Below, piece after piece: positions 15,233-23,723 of a stretch of 24,309 nt of DNA (the first letter of the stretch is position 1; every line of letters starts with the position of its first letter). The notes beneath the pieces are model-generated. The model searched no databases and had not been told where the DNA came from. It saw only the letters and a list, made by a program, of their open reading frames with translations. The stretch comes from Chloroflexota bacterium. GTDB lineage: Bacteria > Chloroflexota > Dehalococcoidia > SZUA-161. Made by a program: the position numbers and the translations under genes. The stretch is taken from the NCBI GenBank assembly GCA_003229915.1, contig QIGA01000267.1:1-24309 (forward strand), given 5' to 3'.

Positions 15233-17635
15233 CTAGCTTCTCAGGGTGGCGCCGAGCTCCTGCTGCAGCCGCTCTATTATCTTCTGTTGCGTACGGTTGA
15301 CCTCTTCATCAGTGAGGGTACGTTCCAATGATTGGAAGCGTATGGAGAAGGCCAGCGATTTCTTGCCTTGGGGCACCTTGTCGCCGCTATATACATCGAA
15401 AAGGGTAACCTGGCTCACCAGCGGGAAACTTTGGATGATACCTTGTACTTTGCTTGCTGCGATATCGGCGTCCACTACCAGTGCGAGGTCGCGGGCGATT
15501 TCAGGGTAGCGGGGAATGGGTTGATATCGAAGCACCCCCTCAGTGAGAGGCAGCAGCTTCACCAGGTCAACCTCGAAGAAGATGACCGGCTGGGAAGAGA
15601 TATCGAAGAGCGCAGCCGTTCTGGGATGAACCTCTCCCAAAACCCCTAACTTTTGCCCTGCCGCGGCTACTGCTGCTGTTCTCCCCGGGATCAGGTTCGG
15701 GTCTTCGGCTGGCACGAAGCTCACTTCGACCCGAAGTCGGCTGAAGAGTGTCTCCAGGATGCCTTTGGCGTCGAAGAAACCGAGCTTATCCTCTCCCGAA
15801 AGCCATGAGCGATCGAACCGAAGGCCACCCAGAACACCGGCCAGCATCTCTTTTTCGTCAGGAAGGTCATTCTCCCTGGGAGAGTATACCCTGCCCACCT
15901 CGAACAACCTGATGCTGTTCTGTTCATGTCTCTCGTTTGCAGAGAAGGAGGCCAGCAGACTGCCGCTGAGGCTGGTGCGCAGGTATTCCTGCTCCAGGCT
16001 CATTGGGTTGGCTACTTTTAGAGCGGCGCCGACCTTACGCTGTGGGTCTATCTTGTCCAGCATCGCCTGGCTGGTCAGAGAGTAGGTAATCACCTCCTGC
16101 ATACCGCATCCGACGAGGATGTCGCGAGCAAAATCCTTCAGCGTAAGCAGAGGCGCTGGCATGTGCTCGGGAACCTCGCCGCGTAGCATTGTGGTGGGGA
16201 TCTCATCATAGCCAATGATGCGCGCTATCTCCTCGATAATATCATCGGCCAACTGGATATCGGTCCGCCAGTAGGGGACTGCTACCGAGAGGTCGCCGGC
16301 GGCCCCCGCCAACTCGCTGCTGAATCCCAGAGACGCCAGCACCTCCTGGACGCGCCCTGTCTCAAACTCCAGGCCCAAAACCCGACTAATACGTTCTTGG
16401 GGAAGCAGGATCGGCTTCTTCTCTCTCTTCCCCGGGTAGACATCGACTATGCCTTTAGCTGCCTTGCCTCCTGCCAGCTCTGTCAGGAGCTGGGTTGCGC
16501 GGCGCAATGCTATCGGCGCGAGGTCAGGGCTGATACTCTTTTCAAAGCGGGATGAAGCCTCACTGCGCAGGTTCAGTTTCGCAGAGGTGCGCCTGATGCT
16601 TGGACCGTTGAAGTTCGCTGACTCCAAAAGGATCGAGGTTGTTGTATCGATCACCTCGCTATCGGCGCCTCCCATCACGCCAGCGAGGGCAATAGGGTCT
16701 TTCTCATCGGCGATGATAAGCATATCTTGGTTCAGGCCTCTCTTTATTCCATCGATGGTGAACAGGGACTCGCCAGCCTTCGCCTGGCGCACGATCACTT
16801 TCTTACCTTTGATCTGCTCGTAGTCGAATGCATGGAGAGGCTGTCCATACTCCAGCATTACGTAGTTGGTGATGTCCACGATGTTGCTTATGGGGCGCAT
16901 GCCACTGGCGAGGAGCCGCTGCTGCATCCACTGTGGTGATGGGCCTATTGTGACGTTGGTTATCAGGCTGGCGCAGTATCTGGGGCAGAGGTCCGGGTCG
17001 GCGATCTCAACCGAAACCCACTCCTCGACTAATGACTCTGGCTCCTCATAGCTTATGTCGGGTATATGAGTGTCCTGGCCAGTCAGCGCCGCCACCTCCC
17101 GGGCGATGCCGATCACCGATAGGCAGTCGGGACGATTGGGGGTTGTTGAGAGGTCAAGGATAGTGTCACCCAGATATTGGTCGAGGGGCGTTCCCACAGG
17201 GGCTTCAGGGGGGAGAACCATAATCCCCTCGTGATGGTCGGAGATACCTAACTCCTTCTCTGAGCAGACCATACCCTCCGATCTTACGCCGCGAATCTTA
17301 GCGGGTTTCAGTTTTTCCAGCTTGCCAGTATGCCCGTCGATGAGCTGGGCGTCCACTCGGGCGAAGGGGACCTTCTGGCCTTCCTCGAGATTGGGAGCGC
17401 CGGTGACGACTGTTGTGCTTTCCTCTCCCAGATCGATGGTCGCAAGCAGGAGGCGGTCGGCGTTGGGGTGCTTCTCCAGGGCTACCACTTGACCCACGGA
17501 AATACCCTCCCAACCAGCGCCCACAATCTCTACCTTGTCGACCTCCGTTCCCGACATGGTCAGCTTCTCAGACAGCTCTGGGGCGGGCAGAGATAGGTTG
17601 ACATAATGCTGAAGCCAATTGAGGGAGACTTTCAT
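15233..17635 (-). CDS. pheT: Phenylalanine--tRNA ligase beta subunit
   Basis: MKVSLNWL, HPNADRL, GVRSEGMVCSEKELG, TPNRPDCLS, YGQPLHAFD, VANPMSLEQEYLRTSL, FDVYSGDKVPQGKKSLAF. Confidence 0.98.
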   Translation of the reverse strand: MKVSLNWLQHYVNLSLPAPELSEKLTMSGTEVDKVEIVGAGWEGISVGQVVALEKHPNADRLLLATIDLGEESTTVVTGAPNLEEGQKVPFARVDAQLIDGHTGKLEKLKPAKIRGVRSEGMVCSEKELGISDHHEGIMVLPPEAPVGTPLDQYLGDTILDLSTTPNRPDCLSVIGIAREVAALTGQDTHIPDISYEEPESLVEEWVSVEIADPDLCPRYCASLITNVTIGPSPQWMQQRLLASGMRPISNIVDITNYVMLEYGQPLHAFDYEQIKGKKVIVRQAKAGESLFTIDGIKRGLNQDMLIIADEKDPIALAGVMGGADSEVIDTTTSILLESANFNGPSIRRTSAKLNLRSEASSRFEKSISPDLAPIALRRATQLLTELAGGKAAKGIVDVYPGKREKKPILLPQERISRVLGLEFETGRVQEVLASLGFSSELAGAAGDLSVAVPYWRTDIQLADDIIEEIARIIGYDEIPTTMLRGEVPEHMPAPLLTLKDFARDILVGCGMQEVITYSLTSQAMLDKIDPQRKVGAALKVANPMSLEQEYLRTSLSGSLLASFSANERHEQNSIRLFEVGRVYSPRENDLPDEKEMLAGVLGGLRFDRSWLSGEDKLGFFDAKGILETLFSRLRVEVSFVPAEDPNLIPGRTAAVAAAGQKLGVLGEVHPRTAALFDISSQPVIFFEVDLVKLLPLTEGVLRYQPIPRYPEIARDLALVVDADIAASKVQGIIQSFPLVSQVTLFDVYSGDKVPQGKKSLAFSIRFQSLERTLTDEEVNRTQQKIIERLQQELGATLRS

Positions 17636-17637
17636 AA

Positions 17638-18678
17638 CTAAAACTGCCGCAGAAATCTCAGGTCGTTCGAGTAAAAGAGGCGGATGTCATCGATGCCGTG
17701 CTTGAGCATAAGCATACGCTCCACCCCCAGGCCGAATGCGAAGCCGGTATAGACCTCAGGGTCATAGTTCACCCTGCGCAGGACCTCGGGATGAACCATG
17801 CCCGCGCCCAGTATCTCTATCCAGCCGCTACCTGAGCAGAGCTGACAACCGCCGCCATTGCACAGGAAGCAGTCGATGGCCATCTCAACACCGGGCTCAA
17901 CAAAGGGGAAATAGTCGCATCTGAATCGCACCGTCCTCTCTTCGCCGAACAGGCGCTTGGCGAACTCGAAAAGGGTGCCCTTGAGGTCAGCGAGCGTGAT
18001 ATTCCTGTCCACAGCGAACCCTTCGATCTGGTAGAACATGGACTCGTGAGTAGCATCGGTAGCTTCGTACCGATAGACTTTGCCGGGGACTATCACCCGT
18101 ACTGGGGGGCGTCGGGACTCCATAACGCGAATTTGCATCGGGGAGGTATGGGTCCGGAGCAGCATCGGCCGCTGACCATCTGCCGTCTCGGAGTCCATCC
18201 ACAAAGTGTCCCACATATCACGGGCGGGATGATCCTGCGGGATGTTGAGCGCCTCGAAGTTGTAGTAATCCCACTCTACGTCCGGCCCCTCAACCACCCC
18301 GAAACCCATAGTCGTGAAGATGTCGCAGATCTGGCGCAGCATCTGAGTTGTGGGGTGCAATCGACCTAGGGTGGGGGGATAACCGGGCAGGGTTACGTCG
18401 AGCCGCCCCCGCTCGATAGATCGCGCTATCTCCGACTCGCTGACTGCCTCTTTCTTGAGTGCCAGCGCCTTTTCCAGGAAGGCCCTGAGCTCATTGGCGG
18501 CTGCCCCTGTTGCTCGTTTCTCCTCGAGGGACAGATTCGCCAATCTACGTAAGATTTCGGTCAGGGCGCTTTTTCTGCCCAGATAGCGAATGCGCCAAGC
18601 CTCGAGGTCGCTGGGGCTATCGATGCTATCGAGCTCATTGATCGCTTTTGCGCGGAGCTCTTCAAGCTTGGCTTTCAT
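17638..18678 (-). CDS. pheS: Phenylalanine--tRNA ligase alpha subunit
   Basis: [60 protein letters not shown]. Confidence 0.98.
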   Translation of the reverse strand: MKAKLEELRAKAINELDSIDSPSDLEAWRIRYLGRKSALTEILRRLANLSLEEKRATGAAANELRAFLEKALALKKEAVSESEIARSIERGRLDVTLPGYPPTLGRLHPTTQMLRQICDIFTTMGFGVVEGPDVEWDYYNFEALNIPQDHPARDMWDTLWMDSETADGQRPMLLRTHTSPMQIRVMESRRPPVRVIVPGKVYRYEATDATHESMFYQIEGFAVDRNITLADLKGTLFEFAKRLFGEERTVRFRCDYFPFVEPGVEMAIDCFLCNGGGCQLCSGSGWIEILGAGMVHPEVLRRVNYDPEVYTGFAFGLGVERMLMLKHGIDDIRLFYSNDLRFLRQF

Positions 18679-19039
18679 TTACTTGCTGAACATTCTCCTT
18701 GGCTACTGCTACCAACCGGGCGAAGGCAGCAGGGTCAGTTACCGCTATCTCGGCGAGTATCTTTCGATCCAAAACTACCCCAGCTTTACACAGTCCCTCA
18801 ATAAACCTGCTGTAGGAAAGCCCTTCAAGCCTTGTTGCCGCGTTGATTCGGGCTATCCATAGTCGGCGCATGTCTCCTTTGCGCTCTCGGCGGTGGCGGT
18901 AGGCGTACGACAGTGACTTCAGCATAGACTCATGGGCTCGTCGGTAAAGTGAGCGCTTGGTGGCTCTGTGACCCTTTGTCAGCTTCAGTACCTTCTTGTG
19001 GCGGTGGTGGGTTGTTACGCCACCTTTTACACGGGGCAA
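18662..19039 (-). CDS. rplT: 50S ribosomal protein L20
   Basis: (M)PRVKGG...[54 protein letters not shown] start after SD GGAGG. Confidence 0.97.
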   Translation of the reverse strand: MPRVKGGVTTHHRHKKVLKLTKGHRATKRSLYRRAHESMLKSLSYAYRHRRERKGDMRRLWIARINAATRLEGLSYSRFIEGLCKAGVVLDRKILAEIAVTDPAAFARLVAVAKENVQQVNESQA

Positions 19040-19083
19040 GGGAATCCTCCTGCGCTAAAATGTTGGGACTGGGCCCATTGTCC

Positions 19084-19281
19084 TCAGATCCCCGGCAGCA
19101 TCCTTCTTATCCGCTGCCTTGCTGTAGGGTGGAGAGGTAGGGTCTCATCATACAGCCGTCTCACCCGTTTGGGCTTCTTGCGGCGCAAGTGGCTCTTGCC
19201 GATCTTAACGCGCCTGATCTTGCCACTGCCGGTGATATGGAAACGGGCCTTAGCCCCTTTATGGGTCTTGATCTTAGGCAT
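19084..19281 (-). CDS. rpmI: 50S ribosomal protein L35
   Basis: MPKIKTHKGAKARFHITGSGKI..SHLRRKK. ATG 19281 overlaps the infC stop. Confidence 0.96.
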   Translation of the reverse strand: MPKIKTHKGAKARFHITGSGKIRRVKIGKSHLRRKKPKRVRRLYDETLPLHPTARQRIRRMLPGI

Positions 19282-19858
19282 CTGCAACCTCTTCTGTCTT
19301 TTCCTTCTTCACTTTCTTCGCTGGCGTGGGAGAGAGGATCATTGACATCGAGCGTCCCTCTATCGAGGCTGACCTCTCCACACTCGCCTTGTCAGCGAGA
19401 GTGTCGGCCACATTGTCTAGCAGTTCCTTCCCCAGTTGGGGGTGGGAGATTTCACGGCCGCGGAAGAGCACTAGAACCTTGACCTTATTGCCCTTATCGA
19501 GGAGCTTGCCCACCAGCGCCATCTTGAACTCCAGGTCATGCCTGCCCGTCTTCGGGCGAAACCGAACCTGTCTTACTGAGACAGTCGCTTGTCGCTTGTG
19601 GGCCTCTCTCTCTTTCTTCTGTTGTTCGTACTTGAACTTGCCATAGTCAAGTAAACGGCAGACTGGCGGTTCAGCGGCGGGCGCCACCTCTACGAGATCG
19701 GTACCGCTCTCACGAGCAAGTTTGATAGCCTCAATCGTAGGCATCAAACCGAGCTGCTCACCAGCTTCTCCGACCACACGGACCTCCCTGGCCCTGATCA
19801 TTCCGTTGATGCGATACTGTTTGCTTACGCGCTCCCGCGCAGTGTAGTGTTTAACTAT
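19274..19858 (-). CDS. infC: Translation initiation factor IF-3, probable ATA start
   Basis: YRINGMIRAREVRVV..DLVEVAP..PVCRLLDYGKFKYE..LFRGRE. The frame continues upstream of the track's ATG 19801, which is an internal Met. SD GGGAGGAG lies just before ATA at 19858. Confidence 0.95.
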   Translation of the reverse strand: MVKHYTARERVSKQYRINGMIRAREVRVVGEAGEQLGLMPTIEAIKLARESGTDLVEVAPAAEPPVCRLLDYGKFKYEQQKKEREAHKRQATVSVRQVRFRPKTGRHDLEFKMALVGKLLDKGNKVKVLVLFRGREISHPQLGKELLDNVADTLADKASVERSASIEGRSMSMILSPTPAKKVKKEKTEEVADA

Positions 19859-19891
19859 ACTACTACTCCTCCCAAAAACAAGCTAGCATTC

Positions 19892-19920
19892 CTTATAACA
19901 CAATCTACGAAAGAAATCAA
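19892..19920 (-). promoter_or_regulatory. Internal promoter for infC at the thrS 3' end
   Basis: TTGATT (19920-19915) - 17 nt - TATAAG (19897-19892), with TG extended -10. Confidence 0.6.
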
Positions 19921-21668
19921 ACGGTCTCCTTTGCATCCACTGCTGACTTTACCATGGACTTGAACTCGGGGACGGACACCCCCCTTATGTTCTGGCCGTT
20001 ACGAAGCCGGACCGATACTGTGGAGTTGTTCATCTCCTCGTTGCCGATGATTAACATGTACGGAACCTTCTGCAGTTGGGCGTCGCGTATCTTCAGGTTC
20101 ATCCGCTCGCTGCGTTCGTCTACCTCAACCCTGATCCCTTCACTCCTGAGTTGGAGCGCAACTTCACGGGCATAGTCCAGATTCGCGTCGGTTATGGGGA
20201 TTACCGCCGCCTGCACCGGAGCGAGCCATATTGGGAATGCGCCCCCGTAGTGCTCTATGAGACAGCCCAGGAAGCGTTCCATGCTGCCGAGCACCGTGCG
20301 GTGTATCATGACCACCCGGTGCTCAAGTCCGTCATCCCCGATGTAGTTGACGTCGAACCGCTCGGGGAGGTTAAAATCCACCTGGATAGTTGGCCCCTGC
20401 CATGTTCGTCCCAGGGAATCCTCGAGGGATATGTCGATTTTAGGGCCGTAGAACACACCCTCTCCAGGGTCAATGACGTAGTCTATTTGAAGGCGCTCAA
20501 GGGATCTCTGCAAGGTTTCCGTTGCCTGATCCCAGACCTCAATGGTGCCTGCATATTTCTCAGGGCGTGTGGACAGCATGACCTCATAGTCGTTGAAGCC
20601 GAAGCTCTGGAGCATGAAGCAGGCGAATTCCACTACTCCGACCACCTCGTCCTCCAGTTGGTCAGGGTGGCAGAAGATATGGGCATCGTCCTGGGTGAAG
20701 CCCCGTACTCGGGTCAGGCCATGGAGAACACCCGATCTCTCCCAGCGGTAAACAGTGCCCAGCTCCGCCCAGCGCAACGGCAGTTGCCGATAGCTACGGA
20801 GCTGGGTCTTGTAGATAAGGATGTGCCCCGGGCAATTCATGGGCTTCACCAGGTAGCTTTGTCCTTCGATGTCTATGGGCGGGTACATGCTGTCCTGGTA
20901 GAATTCCCAATGTCCGCTGCTCTTCCAAAGGTCGATCTTGGCGATGTGGGGTATGTACACGATGTCATAACCACGCTTGGAGTGTTCGCTTCTCCAGAAG
21001 TCCTCGATTATGCTGCGGATGGTGGCTCCTTTTGGGTGCCAGTAGACCAGCCCTGCTCCTGCCTCTTCGTGGATGCTGAACAGGTCAAGCGCTTTGCCCA
21101 GCTTTCTATGGTCGCGCTTCGCTGCCTCCTCCAGCCTCTTCAGGGAGCTTTCCAACTCATCCTTGGTCTCGAAAGCGGTGCCGTAGATCCGTTGCAGCAT
21201 TGGGCGGAGTTCATTTCCCCTCCAGTAGGCGCCGGCTATGCTCAGCAGTTTGAAGGCTTTTACCTCTCCCGTGGACGCTACGTGAGGACCCCGGCACAAG
21301 TCGACGAATGAACCCTGGCGGTAGACAGTCGCTGTCTCATCATCCAGTTCATCGATCAACTCAAGTTTATAGGGCTGTGAGCTGAATATCTCGCGGGCGG
21401 TATCTTTGTTCGTCTCTTCATGGAGAAAGGGGGAATCCGAAGCTATGATTTCGCGCATTTTGGTCTCGATGACACTAAGGTCTTCTGGTGTGAGTGATCG
21501 TGGCAGGTCGAAATCGTAGTAGAAGCCCTCGGAGGTGGCGGGGCCTATGCCCAGTTCAACCTGAGGGAACAGTGAGGATACCGCCTCAGCCATGATGTGA
21601 GCAGCCGAGTGGCGCACGACCTCAAGGCGTTCTACTTTTTTAGCGTCATTCGTATTCTTGGCTGTCAA
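19917..21668 (-). CDS. thrS: Threonine--tRNA ligase (no N-terminal TGS domain)
   Basis: RHSAAHIMAEAV, FVDLCRGPHV, DHRKLGK, KPMNCPGH, RVRGFTQDDAHIF, FYGPKID, MIHRTVLGSMERF. TTG start. Confidence 0.98.
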   Translation of the reverse strand: MTAKNTNDAKKVERLEVVRHSAAHIMAEAVSSLFPQVELGIGPATSEGFYYDFDLPRSLTPEDLSVIETKMREIIASDSPFLHEETNKDTAREIFSSQPYKLELIDELDDETATVYRQGSFVDLCRGPHVASTGEVKAFKLLSIAGAYWRGNELRPMLQRIYGTAFETKDELESSLKRLEEAAKRDHRKLGKALDLFSIHEEAGAGLVYWHPKGATIRSIIEDFWRSEHSKRGYDIVYIPHIAKIDLWKSSGHWEFYQDSMYPPIDIEGQSYLVKPMNCPGHILIYKTQLRSYRQLPLRWAELGTVYRWERSGVLHGLTRVRGFTQDDAHIFCHPDQLEDEVVGVVEFACFMLQSFGFNDYEVMLSTRPEKYAGTIEVWDQATETLQRSLERLQIDYVIDPGEGVFYGPKIDISLEDSLGRTWQGPTIQVDFNLPERFDVNYIGDDGLEHRVVMIHRTVLGSMERFLGCLIEHYGGAFPIWLAPVQAAVIPITDANLDYAREVALQLRSEGIRVEVDERSERMNLKIRDAQLQKVPYMLIIGNEEMNNSTVSVRLRNGQNIRGVSVPEFKSMVKSAVDAKETV

Positions 21669-21785
21669 CGCAAACCCTCACGCTCAATCTGAAAACGGAA
21701 CCTCCCGCCCGTATAGAACGAGAGGCTTCAATGGTTCTACACTACTATGTTCAACCGAGATTGATACAAGTTCATTCCAAAACAA

Positions 21786-21858
21786 TGGGCGATACTGGAT
21801 TTGAACCAGTGACCTCTGCGATGTCAACGCAGCGCTCTAACCCCTGAGCTAACCGCCC
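21786..21858 (-). tRNA. tRNA-Val(GAC), CCA not encoded
   Basis: GGGCGGTTAGCTCAGGGGTTAGAGCGCTGCGTTGACATCGCAGAGGTCACTGGTTCAAATCCAGTATCGCCCA. Acceptor stem GGGCGGT/ATCGCCC, anticodon arm CTGCG-TT-GAC-AT-CGCAG, TTCAAAT T-loop. Confidence 0.97.
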
Positions 21859-21874
21859 TTAACGTATCATCCAA

Positions 21875-21903
21875 AATATAGTCCAAAGCCTCGATTTTGT
21901 CAA
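21875..21903 (-). promoter_or_regulatory. Promoter of tRNA-Val (and possibly thrS)
   Basis: TTGACA (21903-21898) - 17 nt - TATATT (21880-21875). Confidence 0.75.
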
Positions 21904-21912
21904 CGTGTTAGC

Positions 21913-21942
21913 TTGACACTGAGGTTCAACATAAGTTAGAAT
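21913..21942 (+). promoter_or_regulatory. Promoter of the DUF151 gene, back-to-back with the tRNA promoter
   Basis: TTGACA (21913-21918) - 18 nt - TAGAAT (21937-21942). Confidence 0.65.
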
Positions 21943-21963
21943 ATGGGCGCGTGGGGGCGTGGT

Positions 21964-22626
21964 ATGCTCGAGATGACGATAGAAAGCATACGTGTAAGTA
22001 TGCTCAATCATCAGCGTGTTGTTATTCTCAAGGAGAAAGAAGCTGAACGCTATCTGCCTATCTGGATTGGGCCTGCGGAGGCTGATGCTATAGCCGTCAA
22101 GCTTCAAGAATACCAGGTGCCCCGTCCCTTGACCCATGACCTTTTGGGCAACGTTATTAGGGCCCTTGGTGCTATTGTCTGCAAGATCATCGTTTGTGAT
22201 CTCCGAGACGATACCTTCTTCGCCAAGATCATCCTGGCGGTCGATGGTAAGGAAGTGGAAATCGACGCACGCCCCAGCGATGCGATAGCGCTAGCTGTAC
22301 GCGGAAAACCCGCTGTAGTTGATTCAGACGGGCGGGTAGTGGGGGAGTGCGATACGGAGGAAGAGGCAGACCAGCACGCTGCTCATATTGTTGAGCAGCG
22401 CTTGAGACATGGTGACACAACACCAGTGACAGTTCGCAAGAAACCTCCTATCTTCGCTGAAGAGACTGTCCTCGACAAGGCGGGGATAATCATTGACCCA
22501 GAGACTGGCAAGCCAGCTCCGGCGCGGGAGATTCCCCCCGAGGAGCTGGAGAGGATGTCCGCATTCCGCGATTTCATAGAGAGCCTCGACCTCTCGGACT
22601 TCGACAAGGGTAAACCGGAGGCTTAG
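21964..22626 (+). CDS. Bifunctional nuclease family (DUF151/BFN) protein with a 45-aa insertion
   Basis: VVILKEKEAERYLPIWIGPAEADAIA, PRPLTHDLL, DDTFFAKI, EIDARPSDAIALAVR...PIFAEETVLDKAG, EELERMSAFRDFIESLD. Confidence 0.92.
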   Translation: MLEMTIESIRVSMLNHQRVVILKEKEAERYLPIWIGPAEADAIAVKLQEYQVPRPLTHDLLGNVIRALGAIVCKIIVCDLRDDTFFAKIILAVDGKEVEIDARPSDAIALAVRGKPAVVDSDGRVVGECDTEEEADQHAAHIVEQRLRHGDTTPVTVRKKPPIFAEETVLDKAGIIIDPETGKPAPAREIPPEELERMSAFRDFIESLDLSDFDKGKPEA

Positions 22627-22669
22627 ATTCTGAGACGTTATGGTGGCTGCTCGAGGGAGGTGATGGGCG

Positions 22670-22996
22670 ATGCGCGAGGCATTCCTGAAGCGATTGTTTG
22701 CCAAGGTTAATTGTGGTGTTTGTGGTCAGAAATACGACGCGGCAAACATCAAGATTCTTGACCAGGAAGATGGTCTATGGGTTCTCAGTGTCTACTGCGG
22801 TTCCTGTGGAACTCAGGGATTGATAGCCGCCGTTGTCCAGGAAGGTAATATCACTGATATTATCACCGACCTTACCGAAGCCGAATATGATCGATTCAGT
22901 AAGAAGGAAGCGGTGGGGGTGGATGATGTTCAGGCAATACACAGTTTCTTGAAGGAGTTTGACGGAGACTTCGCCAGTTTGTTTTCTGAGGAGTGA
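22670..22996 (+). CDS. Hypothetical protein with Zn-ribbon (CGVC...CGSC) and acidic C-terminus
   Basis: SD GGAGGTGA upstream, two CxxC pairs, fills the gap between the DUF151 gene and a terminator. Confidence 0.8.
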   Translation: MREAFLKRLFAKVNCGVCGQKYDAANIKILDQEDGLWVLSVYCGSCGTQGLIAAVVQEGNITDIITDLTEAEYDRFSKKEAVGVDDVQAIHSFLKEFDGDFASLFSEE

Positions 22997-23048
22997 GAAT
23001 CCTTCCAGCACTAGTAGAAGGTGGAGAGGAAGGAAGGGTATTGAGGTG

Positions 23049-23076
23049 GCCCAAGCCGCGCAGGCTTGGGCTTTTT
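23049..23076 (+). terminator. Intrinsic terminator
   Basis: GCCCAAGCC-gcgca-GGCTTGGGC-TTTTT, perfect 9-bp stem. Confidence 0.85.
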
Positions 23077-23113
23077 GTTGAGATAGAGCACTATTCAATT
23101 CGGGGAGTGTCAG

Positions 23114-23719
23114 TTGATAGTAATCGGTCTCACAGGTGGTATTGCTAGCGGTAAGAGCGCTGTATCAGAGATACTGGTGGAGCTGGGAGCGGTGGTGATT
23201 GATGCCGACAAGATAGGGCATGAGACCTTCCGCCCCAGCAGTGATGCCTGGCGTGAGGTGGTAGCTGCTTTTGGGAGTGGCATCTTGGGCGAGAACAAAG
23301 AGATCGATCGGAGTAAGCTCGCTGACATCGTGTTTCATAATCCCGAGGCCCTTGAGCGGCTGAACAGCATAATGCACCCCCTAATGCATCGGACGGTGGA
23401 ACAAAGGATTGAGGCCTTGCGTGGTCAAGGTGTTGAGGTTGTGATTTTGGAGGCCGCACTGCTAATCGAGGCCAACTGGACTGATCTTGTGGCCCAGGTT
23501 TGGGTTGTGGTAGCCTCGGACTCCGAGGTGATCGATCGCCTCCGTACTCAAAAAGGGTTTACCGAGGAGCAGGCGAAGGCTCGAATCGGAGCTCAAATGC
23601 CAGTAGCCCAGAGATCGAAGTATGCCGACGTGGTGATCGAAAACAATTCCGATCTCGATTCGCTCAGAAAGAGTATAGACGGACTTTGGCAAAAGTTTCA
23701 TTTCCCAGAAAACAATTAG
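23114..23719 (+). CDS. coaE: Dephospho-CoA kinase
   Basis: IGLTGGIASGKS, VIDADKIGH, IDRSKLADIVF, LNSIMHP, EAALLIE, ADVVIENN. TTG start after GGGGAG. Confidence 0.96.
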   Translation: MIVIGLTGGIASGKSAVSEILVELGAVVIDADKIGHETFRPSSDAWREVVAAFGSGILGENKEIDRSKLADIVFHNPEALERLNSIMHPLMHRTVEQRIEALRGQGVEVVILEAALLIEANWTDLVAQVWVVVASDSEVIDRLRTQKGFTEEQAKARIGAQMPVAQRSKYADVVIENNSDLDSLRKSIDGLWQKFHFPENN

Positions 23720-23723
23720 GCTG

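Noticed and set aside
20076-21311. 411-aa antisense ORF inside thrS
   Set aside because: Same codon-aligned shadow effect, with no domain-like features and no evident SD or promoter.
19917-21668. ThrRS lacking the N-terminal TGS domain
   Set aside because: Short ThrRS forms starting at the editing domain are a known, common variant.
21669-21785. T-box or E. coli-type tRNA-mimic operator upstream of thrS
   Set aside because: Only 117 nt with no T-box consensus. One modest inverted repeat (TAGAAC/GTTCTA) is not enough to support a structure by eye.
22312-22431. Mini-intein or self-splicing intron in the DUF151 gene
   Set aside because: It lacks intein terminal residues and is far too short for a group I/II intron. 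It is kept as a coding insertion instead.
22997-23113. Riboswitch or attenuator ahead of coaE
   Set aside because: The strong hairpin is adequately explained as the terminator of the upstream two-gene unit. I see no aptamer consensus or convincing antiterminator.
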